Positions 40,551-53,777 of a stretch of 64,000 bases of DNA are shown here, in pieces (position 1 is the first letter of the stretch; the number at the start of each line of letters is the position of its first letter). Source of the stretch: the human T2T-CHM13v2.0 reference genome, Homo sapiens; NCBI RefSeq assembly GCF_009914755.1, contig NC_060926.1, one strand, 5' to 3'. The notes under the pieces are model-generated. The model was given only the letters and a program-made list of their open reading frames with translations. It made no database searches and was not told where the DNA came from. The translations under genes were made by a program, and so were the position numbers.

Positions 40551-41167
40551 CTGGACCTTACACACTTCTCAAAAATTAACACAAAATTAATCATAGACCT
40601 AATTCTAAAACATAAAATTTTACAAACACTTGAAGGTAACATAGAAGAATGGGTATGCTGATGCCTTTTCAGATATAACTCCAAAACCAAAATCCATGGA
40701 ATAAATTATCAATAAGCTGAAATTCATTAAAATTAAAATCTTCTGCTTTGTGAAAGATACTGCCAAGGAAATGAGAAGACAAGCCACAAACTCAAAGAAA
40801 ATATTTGCAAAAGATATATGTGATAAAGGATTGTTATACCAAATACATACAGAAACTTTAAATAGCAACAATAAGAACACAAACAAATGAATAAAAAATG
40901 CACAAAATACCTGAACAGACACCTCATCAGAAAATATATACAGGTGGAAAGTAAGCATATGAAAAGATGCTCCACATCCTATGTCATCATGGAAATGCAA
41001 CTTAAGACAAGAATGAGATCCACTACACATATATTAGAACAGGCACAATCTAAAGCACTAACGACAACCAATGGTGGTAAGGATGTAGAGCAACATGAAC
41101 TCTCATTCATTGCTGGTGGGAATATAGAATGGTTCTTGTTTTAAGAACCATTTGTTCTTAAATGGTG

Positions 41168-41354
41168 GACAGAAAGCAAGCAAGATTTTTTTGTGTCTCT
41201 TCTTATAAGGGCACTAATCCCATCATGAGGGTCCTACCCTTATGCCATCATCAAACATAATTATCTATCAAAGACCGCACCTCTAAATACCATCATATTG
41301 GGGTTTAGCCCTTCAGTATATGAATTTTGGGGGGACAAAGTTGAGTCCATAGCA
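41168..41354 (-). mobile_element. MLT1A-like LTR fragment
   Basis: tctcttcttataagggcactaatcccatcatgaggg...tatgaattttggggggaca..gtccatagca. Confidence 0.85.
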
Positions 41355-41893
41355 ACTACTTGAGAAGACAGTTGGCATTTACCTAAACATGCTGTTGTTA
41401 CAATCCAACAATTGTGCTTTTTGGCATTTATCCAAATGAATTAAAAGCTTATTTCCACACGAAATTCTGCACAAAGATGTTTATAACAGTTTTGTACACA
41501 ATTGCCAAAACTTTGCAGCAATCAAAATGTCCTTCAAGATGAATGAATAAATCAACTGTGGCTCATCCAGACAATGGAATATTCTTCAGTACTGAAAAGA
41601 AGTGAACTCTCAAGCCAATGAAAAGACATAAAGGAAACTTAAATGAATAACACTAAGTGAAAGAAGGCCATTTGAAAATGCTACATACTGCATTATTCCA
41701 ACTATATGATATTCTGAAAACACCAGCATTTTTTTTGCCTACAGTTTATTGTCCTTTCTCTTCCTCCCTCCTTACCACTTCTCCATTCACATCTGGAGAC
41801 AAAATACCATCTCTCGCATCAGGGGTTTCTCAGAATTCTGGTCTTAGGTTTTCAGATATTTCATTTTTGAACTCATTTTTGTGTTATCTTTAG

Positions 41894-42020
41894 GCATGAC
41901 TTCCAGGAAGGAGAAAAATAGGGGCCTATTAGTTTTTATGACATGTCTTCAGGAAATGAAAGTTTCTAAATTTGGTTTATTTTTAATGCTATTTAAATAA
42001 ATTTTCTATTGTCAGTATAA
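41894..42020 (+). other. Candidate terminal exon with poly(A) signal, unverified
   Basis: Branch-like ctcat (41872), then tttttgtgttatctttag| acceptor. AATAAA at 41996-42001. Confidence 0.3.
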
Positions 42021-42266
42021 TACCATCTACTACCAGATTTCTCCTCCTCCTTTGAAAATTTTGCCCAGAACCAAATTTGTTACACTGTTCTTATTTTTTC
42101 AATTTCAAATATTTACCAACAGTGCTTCTCCAAGTATTGGACAAATAGAATTCATTTGAATTTACAGATTTTAACATGCTTGTTTACAACTATCTTTTCA
42201 ATTTGAATGTCATTCTAGTTTATGGGGGAAGTATGAAATGAAAAGTATTCTTAAAAATGTTTTATT

Positions 42267-42380
42267 GGCTCATGCCTGTAATCCCAGTACTTTGAGAGGC
42301 CGAGGCAGGCAGATCATTTGAGGTCAGGAGTCCAAGACCGGCCTGGCCAAGAGGGTGAAACCCTGTCTCTACTAAAAATA

Positions 42381-42416
<36 letters not shown>

Positions 42417-42580
42417 CCTGACGTGGTGGTGCATGCCTGTAGTCCCAGCTACTCAGGAGGTTGAGGCAGGAGAATGGCTTGAACCTGGGAGGCAGAGGTT
42501 CCAGTGAGCCGAGATGGCGCCACTGCACTCCAGCCTAGGTGACAGGGCGAGACTCCATCCCCCCCCTCCAAAAAAAAAAA
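42267..42580 (+). mobile_element. AluS, slightly 5'-truncated, with A34 linker
   Basis: Starts ggctcatgcctgtaatccc. TSD-like gttttatt on both sides. Confidence 0.93.
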
Positions 42581-44059
42581 GTTTTATTAATACCACCTGC
42601 AAAATACACTTCTCATTCTTTTTTTTGTGATATGCATTTTTAGTTATCAAAATTTTATGACTTATATATGCAAAGATTGTGGTCTTCTTCTGTAGAAACC
42701 TAATGATCCTGTGACTTTGTTCAGAATTGTTGCAAACTGTTATGTATCATCATATATTTCTCTGATAACAAAACATTTCTAGATTTCCCAAGGACTTTAT
42801 TCAATGTAAAGTCCCAAGGACTTTACACATATAAAGTGATAGTGACAGGAGCATCTACTTCATTGGCAATTGTGAAGATTAAAAGGGATATTAGATTTAA
42901 AGTATACAACACTGTGTACAAGAGCTTAAAAATTATTTTTATCAGCATTTAACATTGCATTTTAAATTTGTTTTTCTTTAAAGTTAATAGATATATTTTA
43001 TCGATCATAGAAAAAAACACAGTTTTCATATATCTCCATATTAGGTTCAAATTATTGTGTATCTCTGCATTGTTTGCCTTTTCTATATTGAATACAAGAT
43101 AAACTGTAAATAAGGATTTTGAAAGAACTCTTTTTGAATACTGCCCAACATTTTTAATATTCCTTGTAATTTTCTAGAATCTACTTTCAAAATCATATTT
43201 AAAATTACAGTTTCAGAATGAAAAATTCTACTGTCTTTCATGTTAAAAATAGTAGTGTCAATTAAAGCTCTATGTGGATTAAAGACAAGTATGAAAAATA
43301 TTAGGTGATGACAGGTATAGTTTAAGAACCTTTCTATAATGCAGTATTGTTATACATTTTATTTTTCACCATTAACAATTAAAGTTTACCCATTTTCTCA
43401 AGAATGGGTTAATCAAATACATCAAGTCATGCTGCTGATAGATTCAATCCCACTAAAATATTTCATTTTTTAAGGGTCAGAAAGAAATATGTTTGTTCTT
43501 ATAAAGAAGAATAAAACAAATATCAGCAAAAGGTATCATAAACAAGGAAGATCAAATATGATCCCTGCCAACTCCACTAAAATCCCTCACACAAATGACA
43601 CATTGATTTTACAGAGGAATGACTGTCAAGTGGATAAACATTATATTCACGTTTATTGTACTGATGTCAGAGTTGCCAGCCAAGATAAGATTGCAAAAAC
43701 AATTTTTTAAAGTGGCATATTTTATTCCATCTAAATATTTATACACACACACACACACCACACACACACGTATGTATATATTTTTTCCCCCTCTGGTGAT
43801 TTCTCATAGCCAAATACTCTTCAATCTGGTGCCCTTCCAGCATTCTTAGACCTCTATACTCTTAAAGTCCGTTGCATATGACTGGGAGCAAGGGACTAGA
43901 TCACTGGCCAAACAGATGGTGAGGAATAGTTAATTGGCTCACTTGAGAAGACGATGAGTTACTCAGACTATGGTTTTGTCAAGGGAAATGAAAAATAGAT
44001 TACATCTGTTTTAACAATTAAAAAATTCTCAATTGCTTATTTCAAATAATAAAGGTTTT

Positions 44060-44265
44060 TGAAGATACTAAGCAGCTTACATATATTAATCTCTTAATTC
44101 TGATGATGATTTTGGGGGGTACCAATACTAGTATTCTTACAGATGAGAAATCTGAGACACTGAATAATTAAGAAAGTCACCCAGGATCACTCAGAATATG
44201 AGGTAAGCCAAGAATCAAAACGAAGCAGATTTTCTCCAAAGTCATTAGATAACTACACTATGTCT
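44060..44265 (-). mobile_element. MIR
   Basis: ttacagatgagaaatctgagacactgaataattaagaaagtcacccaggatcac. Confidence 0.7.
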
Positions 44266-44589
44266 CTGCTTTGAGTTCTAGAATGTTTCCAAATATATTT
44301 GTAATTATAAAAGTAAAATATGGTCACTGAACACAATTTAGAAAATACAGAATGGTAAAAAGCAGACAACCAACTGTAACCCACCCACTGAAAGAAAAGC
44401 ATTTTAAACTGTTAATAGATTTAACAGGGTTGAGATAATTTCTGTACATTCTGCATTTTGATCTGTTTTCTTTCTTTAAAAATAAAACATGGTTTTCTTC
44501 AAACATTATATTGTAAGCATTTGACTTGAGCTATAGCTCTAATAGGTAAAGGGCATAGTGGTCATTAACTATTTTTTTTTTAATGAGAA

Positions 44590-45835
44590 AACCAGAACAC
44601 CCTAAATATCAATGGATTTTCTAGGACCAATCAAAGAATTGAGATAGTGGAGTAAACTGGTACCCTGAAATGTGGAGACACTGCCCTAAACAGAATCACT
44701 GATCTCACAAAAAACTGAGATCAGCTAACCTGGAACAGAAGCTGCTGAAGCCATGAACTGGTAGAAGCACCTAAAGAGTAATTTTGACAAATGGCTGGAA
44801 GTCCAGTGTGAAATAGCATGAGGAATAAACTCCTGAGGTTTGCAGTCTTCGAAGTCCCTAGCGTGTTTATGGGTTTCACCTCCAGTAAGCTCTCATGATA
44901 AAGAGCCAGGAAATTCCCTGGTGCTTCTGGCCTGGGGAGCAGTAGAGAAACCAACTTGAAATATACCCAGAGCATTCTCCATAACAAAAACCTGGCTGGC
45001 AGGTAGGAGAAAAGACCTTATCAGATCATTATCACATCCAGGAATAGGGCAATTATCTAACAATAGCATCCTCTGGCCTTTCTGTCTCACCAACTGGAGA
45101 AAGAAACACTTGTGAAGGTCACAGCCAAGAGATGCAAGGCCACTAAAAGATTGATTCAATTATAATATTATAGAAAGCTTCCCTTCCCCCACAAAACCAC
45201 CAAATCAACAAGGTTTCAGCCTAATAACCGTGGATTACAGTTGAAAGAGCTGCAAGTCTCAGACTTTAAGAAGTTCATAGGAGAACACAAAAGCAAAAGA
45301 GGAAAGAAAGTAGATGCTAGCAGAATTTGAAACTACTGACACCTACAGCTGTGACAAAGATGAAACACAATACAACTCACAGTCAGATTAACATAAAGCC
45401 TCACAGTAAAAGTGTGTTTGCATCAGTTCCTATTATCTGATAACAATATGCTCACCTTTCAACAAAAAAATTGTAAGACATTGAACAACTCAGGAAATAA
45501 CAGTCTGAAGAGACAAAGCAAGCATCTGAATATGACTCAGAAGTAACACATAAATTGAAATTATCACACACACATATGTATATTTATAATAGTCAGTATT
45601 CTACAGGTAGAATTAGACAACATTCAAGGATAGGTGGGTAATGTAAGCAGAGAGATGGAAACTAAAAAAGGATTCGAAGAAAATGCTGGAAATAAAAAGC
45701 TAATAACAATTAAAAAATCTTTAATGGACTCATCAGCTGACTGGATATGGCTCAGGAAATAATTAGTGATCTTGAGGATGCATGAGTATAAATTCAAACT
45801 AAAATGCAAAGAGAAAATAAGATGAAGAAGTTGAT
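44590..45835 (+). mobile_element. L1MC/MD-type 5' region and ORF1 start
   Basis: cagtctgaagagacaaagcaagcatctgaa...aatgtaagcagagagatggaaact...ttaatggactcatcag. Confidence 0.7.
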
Positions 45836-45838
45836 TTT

Positions 45839-45918
45839 GAGCTGCTGAACTCAAATGATCCTCCTTCTTCAGCCTCCCAAGGTGCTGAGATTACAGGTGT
45901 GAGCAACCATGTTTGGCC
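45839..45918 (-). mobile_element. Alu/FLAM 5' fragment
   Basis: ctcaaatgatcctcc..cagcctcccaaggtgctgagattacaggtgtgagc. Confidence 0.85.
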
Positions 45919-46029
45919 TTTTTTTTTTTTTAATCTTTGTAAATCTAAATGGTGTAACAAGATGATATACTCACCATTGTTTTAGATTTTATTTTACGGA
46001 TTGGTAACACCATTACTGAAATACAGTGA

Positions 46030-46285
46030 TAATGAATATGTGCGATTTTTTTGTTCTAAGCCTTTACCTATATTAAATTCATTTAATTTCCTTATCTGTA
46101 TTAACACATTTATTTCTTATATAGCTCTGAAGTAGGTACTATTAATATGTTCATTTGTGGATAAGGTAATAGTCACAAAGAGTGATTAAATAACTTTGTC
46201 CTCACAACAGGGACCCTTAGAGTTGATGTTTATTTGAACATGATCATTATTGTTAGAGTTCATACTATTAACCTCAATGTTTGAG
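46030..46285 (-). mobile_element. MIR
   Basis: ctctgaagtaggtactattaatatgttcatttgtggataaggtaa. Confidence 0.55.
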
Positions 46286-46591
46286 CACTTCTCTGCTTGA
46301 GATGAAACATATTGTTTTGTGTAGTCATTCCTGATTGAAATGTATTTTCAAGCTTTAGTTCTTTATTGCATCTTAATAGAAAAAAGCCTAAATCTTGAAA
46401 ATACTTGAATATGACATGAATGAATAAATTTGTCATGAATGATTGAATGTGGCAGTCATTATTTATAATGTCTTTTTATCCAAAGGTATTTATGGCATTT
46501 TATGATAAATAACATTTTGATTTTTATAGATAAACCTACCTTTCATTTAGTTGATTTTCTGACTTTGATATTCAGCTTTGAAAAGGTGATC

Positions 46592-46695
46592 TCCTGTAGT
46601 CCCAGCCACTCAGGAGGCCAAGGTGGAAGATCTCTTGACCTAGGAATTTGAGTCCAACCTGGGCAACATAGTGAGACTCATCTCAAAACAAAACA
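46592..46695 (+). mobile_element. FLAM_A-like monomer, 5'-truncated
   Basis: cctgtagtcccagccactcaggagg...cctgggcaacatagtgagactcatctc. TSD aaggtgatc. Confidence 0.85.
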
Positions 46696-46830
46696 AGAAG
46701 GTGATCCCCATCTCCATTACTACATAATTAAAATGAGATGTTTCTTAACAGGCAAGTACTCTTTAGGGACAAGTTTCTTCACTTCATTTTAATTGTGTAT
46801 TCTGAATGTCATGAATTATTTTGTTGGTAT

Positions 46831-47343
46831 TGTATTAGTTTTCTCCAAAGAAACAGAGCTATTAGTATATAGATATAGAAGATTTATTATGGAAACTAAC
46901 TCACACAATTATAGAGGCTGACAAGTCCCACAATCTGTCATATGGATGCTGGAAACTAGTGAAAATTAGTGAACTAGGAAACCAAATGATGTAATTCAGT
47001 TCAAGGCTGAAGACCTGAAAACATGGCGGGGGTGGGGAGAACTCCTGTTAAGTTCCTCTGCCCTGGAGTCTAAAGGCCTGAGAACCAGGATTTCCTTTGC
47101 CTGAGGGGAAGATGTGTGTCCCAGCTCAAGGAAAGATACAGATAATTTGTCCTTCTTCACCCTTTTTGTTCTATTCAGGGCCCCAATGAATTGGACAATG
47201 CCTGGCCACATTGGGAAGAGTGAATCTTCTTTACTGATCCAAATGGCAATTTCTTTCAGAATGACATGCCCAGAAGTATTTTTAGCCAGTTAACTGAGCA
47301 TCTCTTGGCCCCATCAAGTTGACAAATAAAATTAATCTTCTCA
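46831..47343 (-). mobile_element. MLT2 (ERVL) solo LTR
   Basis: tgtattagttttctccaaagaaacagag...tcaagttgacaaataaaattaatcttctca. Approximate 5-bp TSD ggtat / gatat. Confidence 0.9.
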
Positions 47344-47639
47344 GATATATACTAAGACAATATGCCATCTTATAGTTTAATTGTGTCATTTCAGTGGACT
47401 TTCATTGTGAACACTTGTTCTTTTGATAAGTAAAACTTATTTATTCCAGCTCTTATTTTTTACTCTGAACTAATCAAGCTCATAGAAACCACAATTCCTA
47501 GTATGTACTATTGGTAATTATTTGTGTGGATGTGAGTATCTGGTACTATCTGTGTCACTGTACTTTTGAGTGCCCAATGCTCTGAAATGTCATTTATGCA
47601 TTTATTTACACATATTACTTGGGATTTTACTATGTGCTA

Positions 47640-47841
47640 AGAGGGTGAGCAAATTTTCTGTAAATGGACAGACAGTAAATATTTTAGACTTTGTGGACCA
47701 CACACATTTTGCTTTCCATGGTGTCCTCACCCTTTTCTTCCTCCTCCTACTTCTTCTTCCTCTAATTTTTCTACCACCCTTTGAAAAAGTGAAAACTGTT
47801 GTTAGTTCAAAAGCCATACATAGGACATTTGTTGATTCCTG
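47640..47841. mobile_element. MER58 (hAT-Charlie) element
   Basis: agggtgagcaaattttctgtaaatggacagacagtaaatattttagactttgtggacc...tttgttgattcctg. Confidence 0.8.
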
Positions 47842-48879
47842 TTAGTATCAGAGTTACAGTGGTAGGTGATGAGTGATGCTGATAATGTCTACACGTTGAC
47901 AGAGCTCACAAAACTTACACCTGATTGAAAAGGACTCCAGAAGAATACAGGCCACTATAATGCAACCTGTAAGTTGAGAGATTCAGGGAAGACCATTCAG
48001 TAACATTGAACTGAGACCCAAAGTGCACCTGTGAATTACTATCTTGTCCTATTAGTGTTAAGTTTGCACTCTTAAAAACTGTAAATCCTAGGAAGACAGG
48101 GTCATCGTGAACCTTCACCACTGTATCTTCAGATCCTAGCTCTATGCCATTAAGGAATATATAAATATTTGCTGAATAGATAAAGATCAGATTTTGAACA
48201 AAACTAGGGTGGGAAAGATATGTCTCAGGGTCCCTTCACATTTCTCACATTTCTCACTTGAATGCAAGGTAGACAGCGGCTTGCTCTTTTGGTTGGTAGA
48301 GAACCAATCTGAGACTGTGTGGGAAGTTTGATCACTATCATTTTGTTGGCGTGCACCCTATTTCATAAGGTGAAGTAGGGATAAGCTTAAGATGAAGACT
48401 GGGTAGTGATTTACCAATCAACTGTCACTTTTTAATTAATTGGAAAGTTCTTTCAGGTTCTGACAAGGGGCTGTCATTCTCACTTTTCATGGGTTATTTT
48501 AAAATTTTATCCATGTCTATGCCTTTCTAAGTATTTTAGCGAGAGGTGAAAAATTCACTATCTGAGTTTTGTAGGTAAATCAGAAATGGAATCACAGATT
48601 TTAGAGGCAAATAGGTCTTTTATCCCAGATTTAATGTATATAACTCACATCTTTAATGAAGGATAAAGTGGAAAGTGCTATTCACATGACACATGGGGTT
48701 TACCTGGGTCTGGCAAAGTTAGAAAAAGCAGGTAACTCGACTTTAAGTGCTATCTCTCTGGGGGTTCCTCTGCCTTAGTCTTTATGGGTGACTAAGTTTT
48801 TTCTCCTGGTTTCATAGATGTTCAAGTTTGTTTTTTTTTTTTTAAGTATAGGTATATTTTACTTTTAGGTAAAATTTAA

Positions 48880-49815
48880 AACTTAGAAGTCTTCATCATC
48901 CTCACTAGAACCTCATACTGAACTACTGAGACTGTACCTCGACAATAGATCTCCATTTCTTTTGCTGTGACTTTTGTCTATAATACCATCTCTGATCCCT
49001 ATGACTGCTGTAATAGCTTTCTGACTATTTTACTTCCATCCATGTTTTTCCACTACCGGTTTCCTGTGATTTGCATCCTGGGTTATAATTCAGAAATTCA
49101 AATCTGATCATGCTAGGAACTTGCTTAAAACCCTTCAGTAACTTTCCATAGCTGAGAAGGCTGTCTTTAGCATAAACTGTCCAAAAGTAGCTGTTCCAGC
49201 TAACTGTTGCCTACTGGCCTAGCTGCATCATAAACCAGAAACGTTAGCTTTTCATATCAACTAGATTGGCCTTATTTCTACACCAGAAATCACATAGTTC
49301 TTTCTCACCTCCCAGCACTCAAAAATCTTGAAAGCCATACTTTCTTTTCTTTTTTCTTTTTTTTTGAGACAGAGTCTCGTTCCGTCACCCAGTCTGGAGT
49401 GCAGTGGCGCGATCTCGGCTCACTGCAAGCTCTGCCACCCGGGTTCACGCCATTCTCCTGCCTCAGCCTCCTGAATAGCTGGGACTACAGGCGCCCGACA
49501 CCACGCCTGGCTAATTTTTTGTATTTTTTAGTAGAGACAGGGTTTCACTGTGTTAGCCAGGATGGTCTCTATCTCCTCACCTCGTGATCTGCCCGCCTCT
49601 GCCTCCCAAGGTGCTGGGATTACAGGCGTGAGCCGCCGCGCCCGGCCCGCCATACTTTCATGATCCTTCCCAAGCTTGAGTTACTTAATCTCCATTTTCA
49701 AGTCCATATGAAATGTCTTTTTATCCAGGGAGATACTCATGATTCTCTTGCACTGGTTAGATTTCCCCATTGACCAGGACTTACAGAGCCCCGTTGCTCT
49801 CTTCCTTAATACTTG
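48880..49815 (+). mobile_element. L2 fragment interrupted by AluY
   Basis: aaattcaaatctgatcatg..cttgcttaaaacccttcagtaacttcc is a typical L2 motif. Confidence 0.65.
49345..49647 (-). mobile_element. AluY
   Basis: Y diagnostics gcaagctc..gggttcacgccattctcc and tgttagccaggatggtctc; CpGs retained. TSD gccatactttc at 49334 and 49649. Confidence 0.95.
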
Positions 49816-52127
49816 TCAGAAATACAGAAATAGAGAGCTCAAGTTCGAGATGAAGAAGAGAGAAAGAAGAAGACTGTTGGAGATATGTTAATAATTACAA
49901 TTAGCGCACAAAAATATTTTTTAAAATTACTTTAGGAAATTGGAATTAAGGAATGGGTGTGACTATTTGTGTCATGTATTTATTTGTGTATGCATGTGCT
50001 TTTACATTTAAAAAATATCTTACATGTAGTTTTCCCAATTACCATATATTACTTTTAGAATCAAAGAATGGTAATTGATTTTGTGTGTCTCATCAATCAG
50101 AACGTATGCTTAAAGAGTTCTGAAACTGTTGTTTTTATTCTAAGGACACTTGTAATTTTAGCACAGTGTTTTGAACTAAGTTGTCACTTTTATATACTTG
50201 GTAAATATAATAAAGAAAGAAACTAAAAAGAATTATTTAATAAATAAATAAATTTAATACCTTTGCCATACTCCCATGTGGCTTAATTAAAATTTATTTT
50301 TCTTCTTTTTTTTTTTAGTTCTGTAGGGCAATTGCCTTGTTTTTCTAGATAAAAATGTAGTGATAGATTAACCCACCAAATTTTCCAAAGCTGTTTCTCC
50401 TCAAGTAACATGCCTTTAAATATTTTGAAGACAAAGCCTTAAGAAGTGGGAAACCAGGGTAGTGGTGAAATAGCAGGAACAACATTTTATGTGTAAGAGT
50501 CAATTTTAATACTCAGTTCACACTATATAGAGATTATCTTATTCCAATACAATGTATATGAAAACCTAGTGTCAGATTCTTAGACTCCAAGGAGCAGAAG
50601 TGACTCTACATGATTTTGAATTTCAAGCAGCATTTCTGAGATTGAAAAAAAAAAATCTCTCAGTAGATATTTCTTCCCTATAATTCTTTAATTATATTGA
50701 AGGAATATTCTCAAAATGCAGTATCTACCCAGTTTAAAAAAATAAAACATTTCTCTAACTAGGAAAGTAGTGTCACTAGGGACTTCAATAATCTATCTGA
50801 AGTACATATAGCAGCATCTGGATTATTTGCAATCTATTAGCTTCAGATCCAAAATAGCTTTTCTATTCCTAAGTAATGAGCCCTGTGCATTTCCTTACAG
50901 CTCTGAAGCTTACACTGAAAAACAAGTGCCAATTTTTTTTAAGGAAATAAATTTAAATAATCATGGAGAATTAATTTCTCTTCAACCCAGCTAATTTTCT
51001 TCTACTACTGCTGCTGCCATGGTCGTTTTTACTAGATAATGTAGATATGGGTATAATATCATGAACTAAAAAGTGGACATAATTGCAGATTTTGGGCAAA
51101 AATGTGTTTGGGTTGGGGTGGTGATAACAAACAATGTGATATTCTCATTTTCTCAGCCTTAAGAAGTCAAATGTCTCTGTAGGATAAGATATTCAAGGTA
51201 ATATTTTCCTGTAAAGAAACACAGATGTTAATGTCTATAATTGTATTGGTACAAAGTAGATTTCAGATATTATGTAAAATTAATTTTTAGAAAACAATGC
51301 ATACAGAGAACTATATTATACAGAGAACTAAGCTAAGGCAAGTGTTTGAAAGGGGAAGAAAAGTGTTTATTTAAATATAGTTGTTTTGTTTTGTTCTGTT
51401 TTTGGTGTGTTTGCCAAAGTTCTCTGTTAATGGAACAATCTGAAAAAGTATGTAAAAGGGTCAATGAAACAAAAAGCAGCATATTTAATTTATATTTGAA
51501 TTTAAACCTATGGTTTTTAAATAGGGAAATCACAGACCTTTCTGATGATCTAAAGAAAAACATAAATATTATCCATAGGAAAAAATGCAAATGCAAATAA
51601 AAACAGCACAAATTTCTACTACAACCCTTTAATTTCCCTTGATCCTCCCTTCACAACACCTCCCACTCCCATCCTTCCATCTAGGCCAAGGATTCTGGTG
51701 AACCTTGCCTTAGAGTATGATCCCCTCCATGACTTCAGGTAGCAAGTGTTATTGGCATATAAATTATATTATGCAGATAAACAATAATAAGTCCAAACAA
51801 TAATACACAGCAGAATTAGATTAAGAAGAGTGAAAACATCCTGAAACCAACATCTGTACTATTTAATTAAAGATAATTTTTGGAGGTTGCAGGGGCTGGG
51901 TGATGGAGGAAATGGGAGACACTGGTCCAAGGATACAGAGTGAAAGTTAAAAATTAGATGACTTTTATTTCCATCTTTAAACTCTTCATTAAAAAGTTAA
52001 AATCCAAAATAAATGCATATAATTTTATTTCTCACTTAATTTAAAATAGACCCAACTTGAGAACTTTTATTTTTAATGTATGGTGAAAATGGCTTTTCTT
52101 CCTTGTACTTATTTATAGTAATAAAAA

Positions 52128-52240
52128 CACTAGACTGTGAATTCCTTTGGCATAAGAACAATGTCTCGTTTTCTTCTTCATATTCAGCACCTTGTAAAGG
52201 ATCTACCATACTTCACAAGGGAAGTAAATATTTGCGAAAG
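52128..52240 (+). mobile_element. L2 3' end
   Basis: tagactgtgaattcctttgg...aagtaaatatttgcgaa. Confidence 0.55.
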
Positions 52241-53777
52241 GAGAGACCAAAGGAGGAAAAAAAATAGAAGAAAGGAAGAAATTTAAGAAGTGAGGAGGAA
52301 ACAAACAAAGGAATAAATAAAGGACTGAAGAAAAAATAAAAAGCAGCAGTATAGCCAATTACCAACTTATTTATCAATGTACCACAAAGATCTCCCTCTT
52401 TCTGGCTTTGAATTCTTCCTACTGAAATGACAACTTTCTTACTAGTATGAATATGTGAAAAAGTTGCAGAAGAAATAAGATTTTATGCTAAAGAGAGCTT
52501 CCTCAAACTCAGTCAGGCTCTGTTAGACTCTTCGTGGTACTGTGAATAAGACAGGATACTTTGGGCACTGGAACAAACATATTGAAAATGCCCCAGTTTG
52601 TGCTTCCCTGCCTCTCTCCGTTCTGTCTGTAGCTTTCATAATTTCCCATATTCAAACCCTTCACTTCAATATTCTAAAATTATCTCTTTCTACTCATCAG
52701 TCCATTAACTTTACTCTTCCTTTCCTTCACAGTTGATCCTTATTTATCATTGAAATGGACCTTCTTACCTACATTACTGGTGATTAAGTCATAAAAAGGT
52801 AAATAAAGCATTTGCACTGTAAAAGAAATGCTGCTAAATCAAAGGGCTTTAATTCTAGCAATGAGATGACGTTTCTCTGTGTGGCATCTATAATCTTTTT
52901 TTGACAAATATTTTCCCAATAGTCCAGTCTTCCTAAATATCACATAGTTCAGCCTATCCTTTCTTTGCTTTTGCACTTCATTTTGTTTTCATTTGTCTGG
53001 GTCTGTAGTAGAAGGAAGCAGTAACAGTTGGGAGGCTCTAAGGAATCCCACCAGGCTTCAAGGAGTACTGAGAAGGATTAAGCTCTTCTACTGCAATTTC
53101 TAGATTTAGATAGTCTTATGTGACAGCCCATCTTGCACGTCATGCTGCCAGTTGATAATGGGTACCACTTGCATAATGGATTAGTCTAATGAAAAAGGAA
53201 GGGGATAACTGCCAGAAAACTCCAGATTTGAACTCTAAAACTACTTCATCCAGGTTTAGTAGCTTTTCTAACTTTTCTGAACCTTTGAAATGTTCTGATA
53301 GTAATAACTAAAAAGCCTTATAAAGATTTAATGAGATTGATTTTATAAAGCACATTGTGACATATGCATGTTCTAAGTGCTCAGAAAATGTGGATTTCCA
53401 TCTCTTCTCCAACTTACTTTTATTAGCCTTGTGTTACCAGGAGGAAACAGACATGGTGTAATTGTTAAACTCAGATAAATATATGAAAATAAATACATAA
53501 ATATAGGTAATAAATATATGTTAAAATATAGGACTGTATTGTTAGAGTTTCTCTTACTCCCAATAACATCATTTTTCAAGTACTCGTGGCATGTTCTTGA
53601 ATGTCATTTGAATACCTGACTTTAATAGCCACATAGTATTCCATTTTAGCAACAAACCATAAATAAAATTTTTAATTCTGTATTTTTTTCTATTTTTGTT
53701 TTACATATTCAGTCTTACCATTAAAGAAACAATAAGCTAAAATAATATATGTAAACTTTTATATCTAAGATGACACT

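Larger units (their letters stand above)
37181..41720 (+). mobile_element. L1MB/L1M-type ORF2 and 3'UTR, interrupted by three LTRs and cut off at 41720
   Basis: ORF track INVIRHINRVKKKCHMIISTEPEKALNKIQ; tttgcagatgatatg (FADD); 3'UTR motifs up to actatatgatattctgaaaa. Confidence 0.9.

Noticed and set aside
40181-40690. 169-aa and 114-aa ORFs
   Set aside because: Made of the polypurine repeat plus L1 sequence.
51299-51331. 17-bp tandem duplication (atacagagaacta)
   Set aside because: An ordinary slippage duplication with no other supporting feature.
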